This document shows, in pieces, positions 33,025 through 43,706 of a stretch of 64,000 nucleotides of DNA (the stretch's first letter is position 1; every line of letters starts with the position of its first letter). Source of the stretch: Epithemia pelagica (taxonomy: Eukaryota > Protista > Bacillariophyta). The position numbers and the translations under genes are program-made. Location of the stretch: positions 1,984,001-2,048,000 of the forward strand of contig OX337242.1 in the NCBI GenBank assembly GCA_946965045.2, given 5' to 3'. A model generated the notes under the pieces. That model did not search any database. It was not told the DNA's origin and saw nothing but the letters and a program-made list of their open reading frames with translations.

Positions 33025-35328
33025 TCATTGTTCTAGCTGCTGATGATGTTCTTGTGGCATGTAATGTTGCCTCCGCTCCACGGCTCGAGCGGCGGCAATC
33101 GGTATTTGGACATCCCAATCTTGAACCTCCCATCGAATCATATTGCTCGTTTCCGGTTGCGCATGACGGTCGGTATATTCCGGTCCAATTTCAAACGACT
33201 CCCATACACGACGATTCCACCCGGGATATGTGGCATAGTCGTCCGGGGGCTGATGGATGCTTGTCGTCGTACTGGTATGGTTGGAACTTGAAATGGAACT
33301 GTTAGGGTCGTGAAAGGGTGCCTCTTGCAAGGGTGGTTCGTGTCCTTGTAAGAAGACCCGTGCCCCCAAACTGCCCACATCTAAATGAAAGGTCATGGCC
33401 GTATGTGTGTCGTTGCTCGTCAGCGGTTGAGTGGGAAATCCATGTTCCCTCCATTCTTCACAGGGTAGCAATTGCAAAATTTCTTGGGGATTGGGATTGC
33501 TGTAGGGATCACAGGTTTCTCCGACTGGTGCTGTAGGATCATTGGGAGCATAACAATGCAAAAAGTAACAATGATAGGGAAATCGTTGGGTATCGTTCCG
33601 ATACACCTTGATTCCACTGGGAGGTGAACCATTTGTTCCCTCTTGCGTGGACGACGAAAACGACGACGACGACAAAATGTGATAGGGTGGACACTTGTGC
33701 AAGTTTAAAGGACTGCATCCTCGCTGGTACATGGATGGAGAAGGCAAGGCGACAAAACAAATGTACCTTGTCACATCGTCCTTGGGCCAGTCCATAGCAG
33801 GATGACCCGGTGAGCCTCCACCTCCGGTACAAGGTGAACCGTCTAATTTCCAACAACCGCCCCATTCGGGCAAATAAAATTGCATTCGAATACGGTCGTC
33901 CTCACCGTCGTTGTTGTTGTCGCTGTGAGGAATGCTTCGAAACTGTACCGTCACATGCAAGTGTGTGGATCCCAATGCTCCATAGGTTCCCACGGCATGT
34001 TGCATGACGCCAAATCCACCCCATGGATAACCGCCATATCCACCATCGAATCCATCATTCGTGGGCGAAGTGGTACGTTGTCGTTGCGCCTTGACTTGAT
34101 TGCTGCGCAAATAATTCATGAGAGAGGGATAACTGGGACTGGTCCGTACGCCTTGGTAAAAGACCAATTTGGTGGTCGCATTTGTTGTTGTGAAAGAAGG
34201 AGTAGGATCCGGTTGACGACTCCAGACGGTAAAAAGAAAGGACGAGTTGGGTGTCATGGGCCAGGGAGGTTGCGGTTCGGTCCGTGGTTCCGGTGGAACT
34301 GGTTGGTTGCCAGGCTGACGTTGTTGTTGTTCTGCCTGCCAATACTGGATCCAATCTTGCATATGCTGATGCAAGGCCGCTTCCAGTTGACGTCGTCGAA
34401 GTGAACGACGCTGATGCACGGAAGACGTGTGGTTCTCCCACTCGAGGGACGCGTAGTCGTAGTCATCGTCTTGCCCAATATCATAGGTCCCGGCATAATA
34501 TCCAGCTCCTGGTCCCAGAGAGGCTGTGGCAGGAGAATTGGTCATTCCATGGACGACAAAGGGTTGATTCATGCGTCCGGGTCCAGTGTACTTGCGTTGA
34601 CATCGATGGGGTGGCAAGGACGAACAGGGACAGGCAAACTCCAATGCCTTTTTCGTATTGACAATGCCCGATTTGAACATGACATGCCAGCCTCCTGATG
34701 TATTCCAGGAAGCATCATTGTCACCACCTTTAAGTGCTGCTGCCGCTGCAGGATATTGGCATTTGCGAGCCAAGTACCATTCCTTGTGGCGTGCCAAGGC
34801 ATTGATACTGGTGCGACGATCCTGGTCAAACCGCACCTCATTGTCGTAAGGCGTAATCCGTTGGACGTCATGGATCCAACAATCGGCCAATCGAGGAATA
34901 CGAGGATGTGTGTAGGGTTCTAAAGTGAAAGGACCTTTGGCTCCATTGCAAAAATTCCATCCACTCCAGGCAACCGCTGTGGCCCCTTGTCCTTTCATGC
35001 CTGGATCGCCCAAGACACTCGCATACGACGAAGAAGAGGAGGAGGTGGATGTGTGATCTGTCGACGTCATAAAAGATAAATGGTCGGTGGTGGGGTTGGT
35101 CTGCTTGTTGCTGGTGAAAGGAGATGATGATGAAGAAGAAGCTGCTGTCACTGCACTGATATTTGTCTGGGTGAAACCATCCCTTGTCAACGGTTGCGCT
35201 TGGACCAAGGACGATGGTCCTTGTACTCCCATGGTCACAAGCAACACACATGCGATAAAGACAGGATGCGAGGCAACACATTTCCTGACATGCTTCCTTA
35301 TCCTACTTTTACTGGACTGTGACACCAT
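33025..35328 (-). CDS. Cys-rich membrane-anchored/secreted protein resembling a land-plant uncharacterised family
   Basis: GWNFCN, PRLADC, KEWYL..KC, MFKSG, MNQP, GTYD, TS.SYP.LMNYLRS, FYL.EWGGCWK.DG.PC, DVTRY, CPPYH, RFPY, CDPYSNPNPQEILQLLP, LDVG. N-terminal hydrophobic segment. Confidence 0.7.
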   Translation of the reverse strand: MVSQSSKSRIRKHVRKCVASHPVFIACVLLVTMGVQGPSSLVQAQPLTRDGFTQTNISAVTAASSSSSSPFTSNKQTNPTTDHLSFMTSTDHTSTSSSSSSYASVLGDPGMKGQGATAVAWSGWNFCNGAKGPFTLEPYTHPRIPRLADCWIHDVQRITPYDNEVRFDQDRRTSINALARHKEWYLARKCQYPAAAAALKGGDNDASWNTSGGWHVMFKSGIVNTKKALEFACPCSSLPPHRCQRKYTGPGRMNQPFVVHGMTNSPATASLGPGAGYYAGTYDIGQDDDYDYASLEWENHTSSVHQRRSLRRRQLEAALHQHMQDWIQYWQAEQQQRQPGNQPVPPEPRTEPQPPWPMTPNSSFLFTVWSRQPDPTPSFTTTNATTKLVFYQGVRTSPSYPSLMNYLRSNQVKAQRQRTTSPTNDGFDGGYGGYPWGGFGVMQHAVGTYGALGSTHLHVTVQFRSIPHSDNNNDGEDDRIRMQFYLPEWGGCWKLDGSPCTGGGGSPGHPAMDWPKDDVTRYICFVALPSPSMYQRGCSPLNLHKCPPYHILSSSSFSSSTQEGTNGSPPSGIKVYRNDTQRFPYHCYFLHCYAPNDPTAPVGETCDPYSNPNPQEILQLLPCEEWREHGFPTQPLTSNDTHTAMTFHLDVGSLGARVFLQGHEPPLQEAPFHDPNSSISSSNHTSTTTSIHQPPDDYATYPGWNRRVWESFEIGPEYTDRHAQPETSNMIRWEVQDWDVQIPIAAARAVERRQHYMPQEHHQQLEQ

Positions 35329-35613
35329 GGTCAAGCTTCCCTTCTGGATTCTTGGGTCTGTCGCGGATCGTGTGGATCTTTTGTTGCAGTCGCACTGAAG
35401 CAGGGATCAGTCGCTTTCCCATTCCGCCCCGAGGCAACCTTGGACTTGCACGGCCTGTTTTAGCTCTCATATTGTATGTTGTATTGTACCCTGAGTCCCG
35501 CCAAGTGATCCCGCAATGTAGCGATTGGCGATTCATTTAACGGTTAAAATGAGGCTGGCTCTGATTCTGATAACATAGATTTCTCTCACATTTTTTATGT
35601 TGTCACGAGCACG

Positions 35614-37077
35614 ATGAGACGGCCTTTCAACCGGAAGATGACGAATGACTTACCAATCAACAAGAGACGTGGCGTACTCCTCAACAAGGGAACTGTAATA
35701 GTGTGTTCGCTCGTGGTCTTGGCCTTTTGCTCCTTGTCAAATACGGTTCGCCTCTGGCTGGAAGCGCAACCAGACATCCTTACGAGGAACCTACTAATAA
35801 ATATCGATTGTCCCGAACAAGTTGCGTCCTCCACTGCCTTGTCGTCGCCCTCGTTGTTGGATGCGGAGCACGTCAATTGGACGCAACGCATTCACGACAA
35901 ACGGCAATGGTTGCAGTACATCTTGTCCAGTCTGCCTCCAGAGACGGTTCAAAAATCGCGACTGGATCATGTCAATGGGACAAATGTCAATGGCTCCAAC
36001 ATATGCGAAGAAGTATCCAAGGAACTGGTGGATTCCTGGGTCATTCATGCTCCGTTTGGACAGGCCAACAGTACCAACCGAACCAATACAATGTCACAAC
36101 CATCCTCGTTCTCTCACAAAATGGTGCATCCAACAAATTCTGCAACGGGCCAGAAGGAACAGGAACGAGGAACACGCCACAAACATGCCATTATAGTCCC
36201 TTACCGTGATCGATCCTATCATTTGAAACGATTCATCGACTACATGGATTACTTCCTTCATTACCACTATCAACAAAACGACGAACGACATGAGTTCTCA
36301 TTGTATATTATGGAGCAAGTGGATGACGAACTGTTCAATCGGGCCCTGTTGCTCAATGCTGGATTGGATCATGTTTCTCCCGACACGGAATGCGTGACAA
36401 TTCATGACGTCGACTTGGTTCCGGTCATGTTTGCCAAGCCCCGTTACCATACTTGTTCCTATCCACTGCATTTGGGAGCCCTCCGACAAAACTTTCGGTT
36501 TTCCCTCCAATATCCGCAATTTGCGGGTGGTGTCATGACCATTCATCAACAGCATTGGGCCAGTATCAACGGGATGGACTATCAATATCAAGGCTGGGGC
36601 GGAGAGGACGATGATATGTTTTATCGTCTCATGTTTTTGGGATTGGTCCAATGTCGCAATCCGACGCTCCGCAACATGTCCGTGCCGCATCGGCCCGAGC
36701 CGCTATATGACCATTTGCTAACCACCATTTCTCAATCCGACGATCATCACACCCGAGGTCCACGAAATTCCCAAGCCTCCCTGAGGAACCATCACCGAAG
36801 AAAGGGCTTTGAAACCACGGGTCGGAGCCCTTCCGTCACGGGCGGAGGATGGAACGGAAGCAACTATCATGTGGTGCATCGTGAGACGTTGTCCTCGCAG
36901 CCCCCTCAGCGTTTGGGAGGCTTTGCCGAAATCATTCACATTCAACTCAAGGTGGACAAGGCATTGTTGGACCATTGTTATGTCCATTGTGACAACTCCA
37001 CCACCCCCCAACGTCCGTTCCAGGACACGATCCAAAAATTCTTTCCGTGGTACGAATCGAGAAAGGAAGACGACTAA
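35614..37077 (+). CDS. GT7 beta-1,4-galactosyl/GalNAc transferase (type II membrane)
   Basis: AIIVPYRDR, FNRALLLNAG, HDVDL, FAGGV, INGM..QYQGWGGEDDD. Confidence 0.92.
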   Translation: MRRPFNRKMTNDLPINKRRGVLLNKGTVIVCSLVVLAFCSLSNTVRLWLEAQPDILTRNLLINIDCPEQVASSTALSSPSLLDAEHVNWTQRIHDKRQWLQYILSSLPPETVQKSRLDHVNGTNVNGSNICEEVSKELVDSWVIHAPFGQANSTNRTNTMSQPSSFSHKMVHPTNSATGQKEQERGTRHKHAIIVPYRDRSYHLKRFIDYMDYFLHYHYQQNDERHEFSLYIMEQVDDELFNRALLLNAGLDHVSPDTECVTIHDVDLVPVMFAKPRYHTCSYPLHLGALRQNFRFSLQYPQFAGGVMTIHQQHWASINGMDYQYQGWGGEDDDMFYRLMFLGLVQCRNPTLRNMSVPHRPEPLYDHLLTTISQSDDHHTRGPRNSQASLRNHHRRKGFETTGRSPSVTGGGWNGSNYHVVHRETLSSQPPQRLGGFAEIIHIQLKVDKALLDHCYVHCDNSTTPQRPFQDTIQKFFPWYESRKEDD

Positions 37078-37436
37078 TCCCTTTTAAAAACGCCAACTGT
37101 ACAAAGTACCATTTGAGAAGTCGACATGGCGACACAACGAAACGTTGGCAGTGTCATAGGAGGCTGTCATGGTTTCGAGCCAACGGGGAATGAAAAAGTC
37201 AAGAATAAGACTTTGGTGGCAAAACAGATGATGATGAAACTCATCATGGTTGTAGGCCGTTTGCCAAACGAAGAATCCGTTTGGATATTATTTGGTTCGT
37301 CCAACAGAGTTGTGTGAGTTCGGACCGTCTGTTGTGTTTGCAATCGCATACTAGTGAATCAGCGTTGGTGTGAAACGTGAGGCATCGTCTTTTTTGCCCT
37401 TCTCTCGATTGGACCAACTGTGGCAGTCCATTGATG

Positions 37437-37580
37437 GACAACAATCGTGTGTTCATGATTGTCCATGCCTATGTAGACGGCACGAGATACTAGGTAGTAT
37501 AGGCAGTTGACAACAATTGCGTGTTCATGATTGCACGTGCCTAGGTAGGCGACAAGCGATACTAGGTAGCATAAGCAGTA
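37437..37580. repeat. Two degenerate tandem copies of a 72-bp unit
   Basis: Units start gacaacaat at 37437 and 37509 and share gtgttcatgattg, tgccta.gtag and gatactaggtag.ata.gcagt. Confidence 0.85.
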
Positions 37581-37868
37581 TGCTGAAAAACGTTTAATGT
37601 TGTTATCTCCACCTGTGAAAGTCGATAAAGAGAGAAAGAGGGAGCGAATAGAGGAACGTTGTCGCCTTTGTTCTTATTCCAATTCAATCAAACAACAGTG
37701 TCTGTCTGTCTCTCTCTCTCATCCGTGGTGTGTCCCTCCTCCTTATCCTCCCCCTTCCCACTAACACAGGACACACGCGCACATCAGGCAGATCATTCTT
37801 GCAAATCAAAAATGACCCGCCAGACGGAGCAACATGGACCAATTACGACTCGCCCCATTCTCCTCGTT

Positions 37869-38984
37869 TCATTCCTCCTTCTTGGAACCTTGTTGTTGTT
37901 GTGGTTGCTGGAGGGCCAATCGTGCCATGGCCACGGCATCCTCATAGGTATCGGCTCCTCCGATAAAGCCCGCCGCATGGACAAAGCGTGCCGTCGGAAC
38001 TTGGCATTGGGCCACGAGTTGGGCATCGCGCAATCCTCTCCAGGCTTGTGGCAAACTGAGCCGATTTTCAAAGGCCGTGCCTTGGACTGTTACGGCTTGG
38101 ACCCGCCACATACCGGCCGTATCGGGGTACAGGACAAATTTGATGAGGGGTGTGATATCCTGTGCGTCTTCCCAGGCATACAAGGCTTGTCGCCACGGCA
38201 TGCCCCCCGAAGCCAATGTGATGACTTCGCCCGAGGCATCGACCGTGAAGCGTTCCACGAGGGCTTGTTCCACCAAGGCGCGTGCCGGCAAATCGGCTTC
38301 GACAATGTGCGTCAAGACGGCTTCAAAGTCGTGTCCACAGAGTTGCACCGCTTGTTCAAATCGGTCATCCAACGAGGGTGCTTTTCCCGTTTCGGGATCC
38401 ACTTCATTCCATCGGGGATTGAGACGGGCGACTCGTTGCGGCAAGCTCGTCGTATCCTTGTACAAGGCCGTGACGCCCGGTGGCACCGGTTCGACACCGG
38501 TATCGACAGCATCCAAGGCTTGCAAGAGGGTATCGTACAATTGGACATAGGTCACGTCGACCAACTCGGGGGTCAAGTGGGGATAATACTGAGCAATGAC
38601 CGCCTTGCCATAATGTCGATAAATCAACCCCGCAGCCGACAATTTCGTACATCGATTCAAGTCGTTTTCAAAGCGTTCGTCGTATCCTCGTTGATGATGA
38701 TCGTACCGTAACAATTCGTGATTGTACGTGCCACCGACATCCAAGACAATGTCGGCTTGTTGATTCAAGACGGTCAAGTCGCGACTCCGAATCACGGCGG
38801 CATGGCGATAGTCGGGCAATTGCCGCAACAAAAACACACCCATGGCTTCATCGGCTTGAAAGGTACCACTGTGCGTTCCAATCACCTTGCTGCTTTTTGG
38901 TTGTTGCGTTTCGTCCGTTAATTTGGCACGTTTAAACGTCATCATGGAAGAGGACGACGAGTCATTGGCTGGAGACGTTGTCAT
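37869..38984 (-). CDS. MYG1: MYG1/UPF0160 DHH-family exonuclease (start uncertain)
   Basis: IGTHSGTFQADEA, IRSRD, VLDVGG, YDHHQRG, KLSAAGLIYRHYG, FVHAAGFIGG. Confidence 0.92.
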   Translation of the reverse strand: MTTSPANDSSSSSMMTFKRAKLTDETQQPKSSKVIGTHSGTFQADEAMGVFLLRQLPDYRHAAVIRSRDLTVLNQQADIVLDVGGTYNHELLRYDHHQRGYDERFENDLNRCTKLSAAGLIYRHYGKAVIAQYYPHLTPELVDVTYVQLYDTLLQALDAVDTGVEPVPPGVTALYKDTTSLPQRVARLNPRWNEVDPETGKAPSLDDRFEQAVQLCGHDFEAVLTHIVEADLPARALVEQALVERFTVDASGEVITLASGGMPWRQALYAWEDAQDITPLIKFVLYPDTAGMWRVQAVTVQGTAFENRLSLPQAWRGLRDAQLVAQCQVPTARFVHAAGFIGGADTYEDAVAMARLALQQPQQQQGSKKEE

Positions 38985-39602
38985 GGCGTGGTTCGTCCAG
39001 GTACGTGACGGAGAAACAACGACAAAGGAGGCGGTGGCACTGGGTCCACCCACTCGACGAATTGCAGCAACAGTCGCAGCAGCAACCAACAAGTTTGGGG
39101 AGGTTGCTGTAGCCAGCAAGAAGAAGTTGGGCAACAAGAAAGAAATCGTTTTGTGATGATACAACAACAACAACAACAACACCAACGACACTCTCTACTG
39201 ATAGATGACCACTCAAACTTGTCGCTGTGAGGGGTGAGGGGCTCATTTTTCTCGTACGCATCGCAGACGTTAATGCGACTGATGACGTCATCGTATCTTT
39301 GGATGCACGAATAAAGTGCGACCGATAGCGAACACGTGGCTTGCGTGTGTTCGGAAGCGTTTTCGGTGGAAAGAGTCCAAAATGCCGACGGTCGATGCAT
39401 TCTTTCTCTACATGGCCAGTTTCTTTTCTCTATTGTCGATATCTCTGTTTGGTTGAGGAAGAGTTGCGTGTTATTAGGCCGTAGGTTGTTGTTCCCTCTT
39501 GCGAGAAATCGACGACAACAAGACTGCAGTCAAGGTACCGACCTCTTGTGTGGAGAACTCACGTTGATCTTCTTCTCTTGGAACGACCAACCGGACGAAA
39601 CG

Positions 39603-40748
39603 ATGACTTTGCAACCAAGCCGACCAAGACGGCACCCTTCCAACGAGCACGACAATCATCACTCTCGGTTGGTGAGGTTTCAAGGGCAATGCACGATGCT
39701 GTTTCTGGTCGTCCTTGCAGTGTCATGCACCATGATACCACCAAGTGTACAGGCCTTCTCCGTCCTTCCGACTCGTAGCGGCCACCGATGTGGTGTACAA
39801 TTGTCGGCCGAGTCAGACAACCAGGACAACAACCAGGACTTGTCGGACAGTTTTTTTGTCATGGTCCAAGACACGGACGACGACGACGATCCAGTCGTTG
39901 AGAAACCAACGACAACGACGACTCCTCCACTCAATCAACTCATCCCCCAAGACGCGGTGGCGGACGAATTGGCCGATCCCTTGTTGCGACGGGGTGATTT
40001 TTGGACCGTGTCCTTGTTGCCACACCGTCCCTTGGGTTGTACCATTGAAGAATCTCTTCCGGATGGCGATTACGTCTTTGTCTCCAAAGTGACGCCCGGT
40101 GGTTTGGCCGAACAAGTGGGATTGCAAGTGGGCGATGTGGTGGTGGCCTGCAGTGACTATTTGGATCACAACGACGACGACAACCATAATGACAATGACA
40201 AGAACAGTTTGGTGTCGATTGTGACGGATACCAATGATAGCATGGGTTCGACGCGGATGGAAACCGTCTTGACGTTGATTCGAGCGCGTCCCGAATCGGA
40301 TCCCTTGGTGTTGCGAATTGCCCGTGGCTGTCCGGCGGTCCTGGAACAACACGAACAAGCCTTGGTCTCGCTGTGTTCGGACGGAGTCATTTCGGGTGTC
40401 ACGACGGAAATTGAAAACTGCATGCTCGAGTATCTCCAACAAGCCTATGTGGATGATGATGATACGACGAGTACCAAGAACAATGTCATGGACCAAGACG
40501 AGGAATTGTGCAATCCCAATGAAGATGACGATTGTGTCTTGGACAATGTCTTTGAGTTGTGGAATCAAGATTTGGATGTGATTGATCCCAAGGCGAAGAC
40601 TGTGGGTACGCAAGAGGGGGACGACGCCATGGACAATGATGCGGCGGCGACCAAACCCAAGGTCAAACCCTGGAGTTCTCGAAGTTCCCCGTCGGGTACC
40701 TTTGTGCGAGACCCCGTCACGGGCAAAATGACCAATTTGGATGCCTGA
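39603..40748 (+). CDS. PDZ-domain protein, predicted plastid-targeted
   Basis: Signal ending VQA-FSVLP; RPLGCTIEES...FVSKVTPGGLAEQVGLQVGDVVV (PDZ); C-terminal WSSRSSPSGTFVRDP. Confidence 0.75.
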   Translation: MTLQPSRPRRHPSNEHDNHHSRLVRFQGQCTMLFLVVLAVSCTMIPPSVQAFSVLPTRSGHRCGVQLSAESDNQDNNQDLSDSFFVMVQDTDDDDDPVVEKPTTTTTPPLNQLIPQDAVADELADPLLRRGDFWTVSLLPHRPLGCTIEESLPDGDYVFVSKVTPGGLAEQVGLQVGDVVVACSDYLDHNDDDNHNDNDKNSLVSIVTDTNDSMGSTRMETVLTLIRARPESDPLVLRIARGCPAVLEQHEQALVSLCSDGVISGVTTEIENCMLEYLQQAYVDDDDTTSTKNNVMDQDEELCNPNEDDDCVLDNVFELWNQDLDVIDPKAKTVGTQEGDDAMDNDAAATKPKVKPWSSRSSPSGTFVRDPVTGKMTNLDA

Positions 40749-41453
40749 AACCAAACAACAACAACCACGACAACGAGTGGAATCTAGACACTTGGGGTGC
40801 CTCGCCCTTGCATTGTATTTTTTTGTTTTTGCAACACCCTACAACCAACAAAGGACTGTACCGAGTTTGAAACAGAGACAGACATGTGCCACTGTTTGCT
40901 ATTCTACCAAGAAAGAACTCGGGCTACCAACACCACCACACCCACACGAAAAAGTGGAATGATCCCCCAATAAGAACAAGCTATGCAACATACTAGTAGA
41001 GTAATCTTTTACCACATTCAGTAACCAACGACAATTGTGTGGAGTTGCGATTCGTGACTTTTTCGTGTTGTTGGTATCGCCATATCTCGTCCATGCGCAT
41101 CTTCTTCTTGGACACTTGTAGTTGGGGGCTTCCAAACAAACTGCCCCTCTTTTCTTTCCTTGGGTTAGGTCCCAGAGAAATAGTGTGTACACACACCTTG
41201 ACGCCAAGAAGGAATCCTGCCGTTGAGACGTTGCCCCTCTTTTTTCTGTAGGCAGTGACACGTTGGACTCGTTTCACATGCAGTCCTCAATGCCTTTGGT
41301 CGTGCGTTCCTTCCACACATACCAAAAGACACACTGTTTGCCATGACCGCTTGCTTTTTGACGTACTCCTCTAGGTAGCTTGCTCGATGATTCCATGAAT
41401 AGGACCAACTAGAGGTACTCCTCCGTACATTAGCAGCAGATAGCATACATAGC

Positions 41454-43706
41454 ATGACAGAAGTCGCGGATAATTTCCAGTCGCGTGAATCGACATGGCA
41501 TTGGTCAAAAGTCAAAAGTGCAGAAGACAACCAGCCAACGCGGACCATGAACTGGGTCCAATCCACATCCACAACCACAACAACAGCAACCAAAAGAAGA
41601 AGACGACGACAAGGCCCTGCATATCGTTCCTCCTCCATTGTTGTGTGGTTTCAGTCCTTGCCCAATGTGATTCGAGCCTTGATTGGGTTGGCCGTGGTCC
41701 AATGGGCCATCTTGTCTCTGCTCTCGTCACTTTTGTGGCCCGCCACCCGTTCCGACACTCAACCAGCGACACTCGTGGCACAAACGAACGATGACGATGC
41801 GATCAATACCACGGAACCTCCACTGGACAACTACATGGATCGTCGTCGTCGTCGTGCTGCTCCTGACACTAACACTAGCCACAAGTTGCTGCCTCTGTTG
41901 ATTGTGGGAGGATCGGATGGGAGTGGCACACGTGCCGTGGTGGAATTGTTGGGTCGATTGGGCGTGCCCATGGTCTTGGACGATGTCGGTACGGGAGATG
42001 TGCATGCCACGTCCGTGGTGGATGGAGACGGCTGGCCCGCTCTGGTGCGACTGGTCTTGCAGGCCACACAGTCGGCCAATTACGAATGGGAGACCGACTT
42101 GACCTACACCCAACAAGTGATTTTGCAAAGTGCCGTCCAAGAAGGAATTCAACAACCCTATGAGGCTCGTGGTCAATCCTTGCGAAGACAAGGGGAGAAA
42201 CAAGGCATGGCCTTGGCCAACGGCGTGGCCTATGGGTTCAAGGCCCCCGTGTCCATGCTCTTGTTGCCCGTCTTGGAACATGTCTTTTCTTCACGTGGCA
42301 TTTTCTTTTTGCATGTGCTTCGCGATGGACGCGATGTCGCCTTGAGCAACAATACCAGCCCCGTCCACAAATTTTACAGAGTCTTTTATCCCAATGCGAC
42401 GCATCGCAAACAAGTTCTTGGCAATCAACTAAATGGCAGTGCTTTGGTAAAGACGGCCATGGCCATGCAATTGTGGAACGATTGGAATCTTCAAGTTCAG
42501 GAGTGGGCGCATCGTCGATTGGCCATGCCCACCAATTCTGGTTTTGACTATATGGTATTGAGGACGGAAGATTTGATGCATCCGTCGACTCGATTCACCA
42601 TGATTCGTCAACTGGCCGACTTTGTGGGATCGTCCCAACCCATGGCGCAATTGTGTTGTTTGAGTCACGAAACCATTCAAGATTTGGGACAGTCTGGGAT
42701 TGGAGTCACGAAACCATTCAAGATTTGGGACAGTCTGGGATTGGCACGACCAATGCCTCCCCCACCGCCGCCGTCCCCGTCGTGGTGGGAGCAACTGTCG
42801 TTGTGGTTGAAAACCGAGTTTGGGGTTTCGCCAACCTCCAAGAGTAGCTTTGGTCAAGGAGCCATGGGAGGAGCCTCTCGAGCGGTTCCTCCCGAGTTTG
42901 TGGCCGCTCGTCGTCAACGACAAGAACGACCGGTACAAAGCAATCACAAAGACGGTGAAGCCGTCGAGTTGCCCGACGTGTGGGGCATTCAACAGGAAGC
43001 GGACCAATTCAGTCAACGACTCTCGGGAACACGACCCGACTTGTTTGGTCAACTGCAACATCAACGCGATTTGGTACGCCGTCATCATCATTTGGGACGT
43101 CAACGGCAATTGGCACTCCAACAACACCAAGCCATGTTGGAGGAGGATGCATCGGCGGATCCACCACGCGGCAATCCTGCAGCGGTAGAAGAAGAGGGAT
43201 ACTGGGAGGACAAGGAGGAGGAACAAGCACCACACAAAGAAGAAGATGAAGAACGCTTTCCTCATGGATCGGCCCAACGCAAGCCATGGCACACTGCACA
43301 CAAACCTCCACCACCCATTGTAGTAGTTGACCATGTCAAGTACGATACCATGTTGGAACGCATTCCCCAAACTCAACCACAGCGTCCGCACCAACTATTG
43401 TCGTGGCGTCATCATCCAGAACAACAACAACAACAACAACAATTACAACCACGAGACATGCTACATCGACACCACCCCAATAGGAGGGTAGTGGTGGAAC
43501 GAGAATCTCCCGAACAAGTTCGAAAACGTTATGGCAAGTGGAGACACGCCTTGAAGGATCAACCACAACTCTTGCAGGTATTGCAACAGGAAGGAGCACA
43601 AGCGCTGGCCCGGTTTGGCTATGAACCCCGTCGACGGTTTTCCGATTTTCCCCCGAACAATGATTGCCATTCACCACCGGTCCAGTGCCACCCTGTGGAA
43701 GCGTAA
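41454..43706 (+). CDS. Type II membrane sulfotransferase (Sulfotransfer_3-like) with long low-complexity insert
   Basis: IVGGSDGSGTR (PAPS loop), GFKAP, FLHVLRDGRD, LRTEDL, terminal RYGKW...ALARFGYE; TM segment ALIGLAVVQWAILSLLSSLLW. Confidence 0.8.
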   Translation: MTEVADNFQSRESTWHWSKVKSAEDNQPTRTMNWVQSTSTTTTTATKRRRRRQGPAYRSSSIVVWFQSLPNVIRALIGLAVVQWAILSLLSSLLWPATRSDTQPATLVAQTNDDDAINTTEPPLDNYMDRRRRRAAPDTNTSHKLLPLLIVGGSDGSGTRAVVELLGRLGVPMVLDDVGTGDVHATSVVDGDGWPALVRLVLQATQSANYEWETDLTYTQQVILQSAVQEGIQQPYEARGQSLRRQGEKQGMALANGVAYGFKAPVSMLLLPVLEHVFSSRGIFFLHVLRDGRDVALSNNTSPVHKFYRVFYPNATHRKQVLGNQLNGSALVKTAMAMQLWNDWNLQVQEWAHRRLAMPTNSGFDYMVLRTEDLMHPSTRFTMIRQLADFVGSSQPMAQLCCLSHETIQDLGQSGIGVTKPFKIWDSLGLARPMPPPPPPSPSWWEQLSLWLKTEFGVSPTSKSSFGQGAMGGASRAVPPEFVAARRQRQERPVQSNHKDGEAVELPDVWGIQQEADQFSQRLSGTRPDLFGQLQHQRDLVRRHHHLGRQRQLALQQHQAMLEEDASADPPRGNPAAVEEEGYWEDKEEEQAPHKEEDEERFPHGSAQRKPWHTAHKPPPPIVVVDHVKYDTMLERIPQTQPQRPHQLLSWRHHPEQQQQQQQLQPRDMLHRHHPNRRVVVERESPEQVRKRYGKWRHALKDQPQLLQVLQQEGAQALARFGYEPRRRFSDFPPNNDCHSPPVQCHPVEA
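42662..42743. repeat. Perfect 41-bp tandem duplication inside the sulfotransferase CDS
   Basis: gagtcacgaaaccattcaagatttgggacagtctgggattg occurs at 42662-42702 and 42703-42743. Confidence 0.97.
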
